Below, one piece after another: positions 63,315 through 64,000 of a stretch of DNA of 64,000 nucleotides. The stretch is from Ptychomitrium polyphyllum (taxonomy: Eukaryota), in contig OZ316775.1 of NCBI GenBank assembly GCA_973851085.1, positions 22,320,001-22,384,000 on the forward strand, read 5' to 3'. The stretch's first letter is position 1. Each line of letters starts with the position of its first letter. The position numbers were made by a program, and so were the translations under genes. The notes beneath the pieces are model-generated. The model was not told the DNA's origin. It searched no databases and worked only from the letters and a program-made list of their open reading frames with translations.

Positions 63315-64000
63315 GAAACTATCTTGTAAATGTAAAAGCGAATGTAACACGTAATTGTCAATTTTTGTGCCCAATCAAAAATATATTTCTAGAACATTCT
63401 CAGTGTTCACTAGCAGTATAGCAATTCTTTCTTCTCTTCATTTTTCTCTAATGGCAGACAGGCAAATGACACTGGATGAGAGAACACTAGAGAGATGGTC
63501 ATCTGGACTTGTATTTGAAGGTCTTTTGGAAGCACGAAATTTCATATCGAGTCCCTAGATGATCTCTCCAGAACATTAATCATCACCTACTAATGGAGTT
63601 GAAATCTTGTTTGTACGATGAGTTTTGTGCAACTCTGTAAATTATCACTTCCCTTCGGCAATGTAACAGATTATGTCTTCAACGGCAAGTGCCTTTAAAC
63701 ACACGTGATCCATAGTGATCCATAGTGGTTCGTTGTGCATGAGCGGTCAAGTGATGCATACTACCTCGACTCAGAATTATAAGCACGAAAGACATTGTTG
63801 TAAAAGGTCTGGATCGAAACAAACTTATACGTTCTCCGGATTTTAAGATGAAATTATAATACAAGACAGGTATTGTAAAGGTTTGTAATCAGGAACTTTT
63901 TCAGGTGGAAGGCTTTTCGGTCTGAGCAAACTCTAGTCTACCGCCTGTTCTCTTGATCGAAAGTTCGACACTATGCCGAGTTCCATTCTGTGCCGAGTCC

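Overview
Eukaryotic plant nuclear DNA with spliceosomal introns. Gene content and Tcn1-type chromoviruses suggest a moss such as Physcomitrium patens (inference). 1-13.7 kb is a nested LTR-retrotransposon block. It holds a decayed full-length chromovirus (minus strand, LTRs 4821-5539 and 12084-12673) with a solo LTR of another family in its integrase (6884-8028, TSD AGGTC), all inserted in an older non-chromovirus Gypsy element. A third LTR copy (1-630) is inverted and identical over 600 nt to 4851-5450. Swapped target-site duplications indicate that 631-4820 is inverted, either by real LTR-LTR recombination or by mis-assembly. The chromovirus has a Tf1-like self-priming PBS rather than a tRNA PBS. 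14-50 kb is gene-rich: an F-box pseudogene, a membrane-anchored LTP-like protein, ARMC8, a PLAC8 protein, an unknown Q/A-rich protein, a decayed membrane-protein gene, a head-to-head DAPB/DCP5 pair and a DUF3455-like remnant. 50-57 kb is AT-rich TE debris, including a Sola-like transposase remnant. 57.8-63.3 kb is a multi-exon RNI-like LRR gene with an N-terminal BC-box-like motif. All alignments and translations were done by eye; no searches were run.
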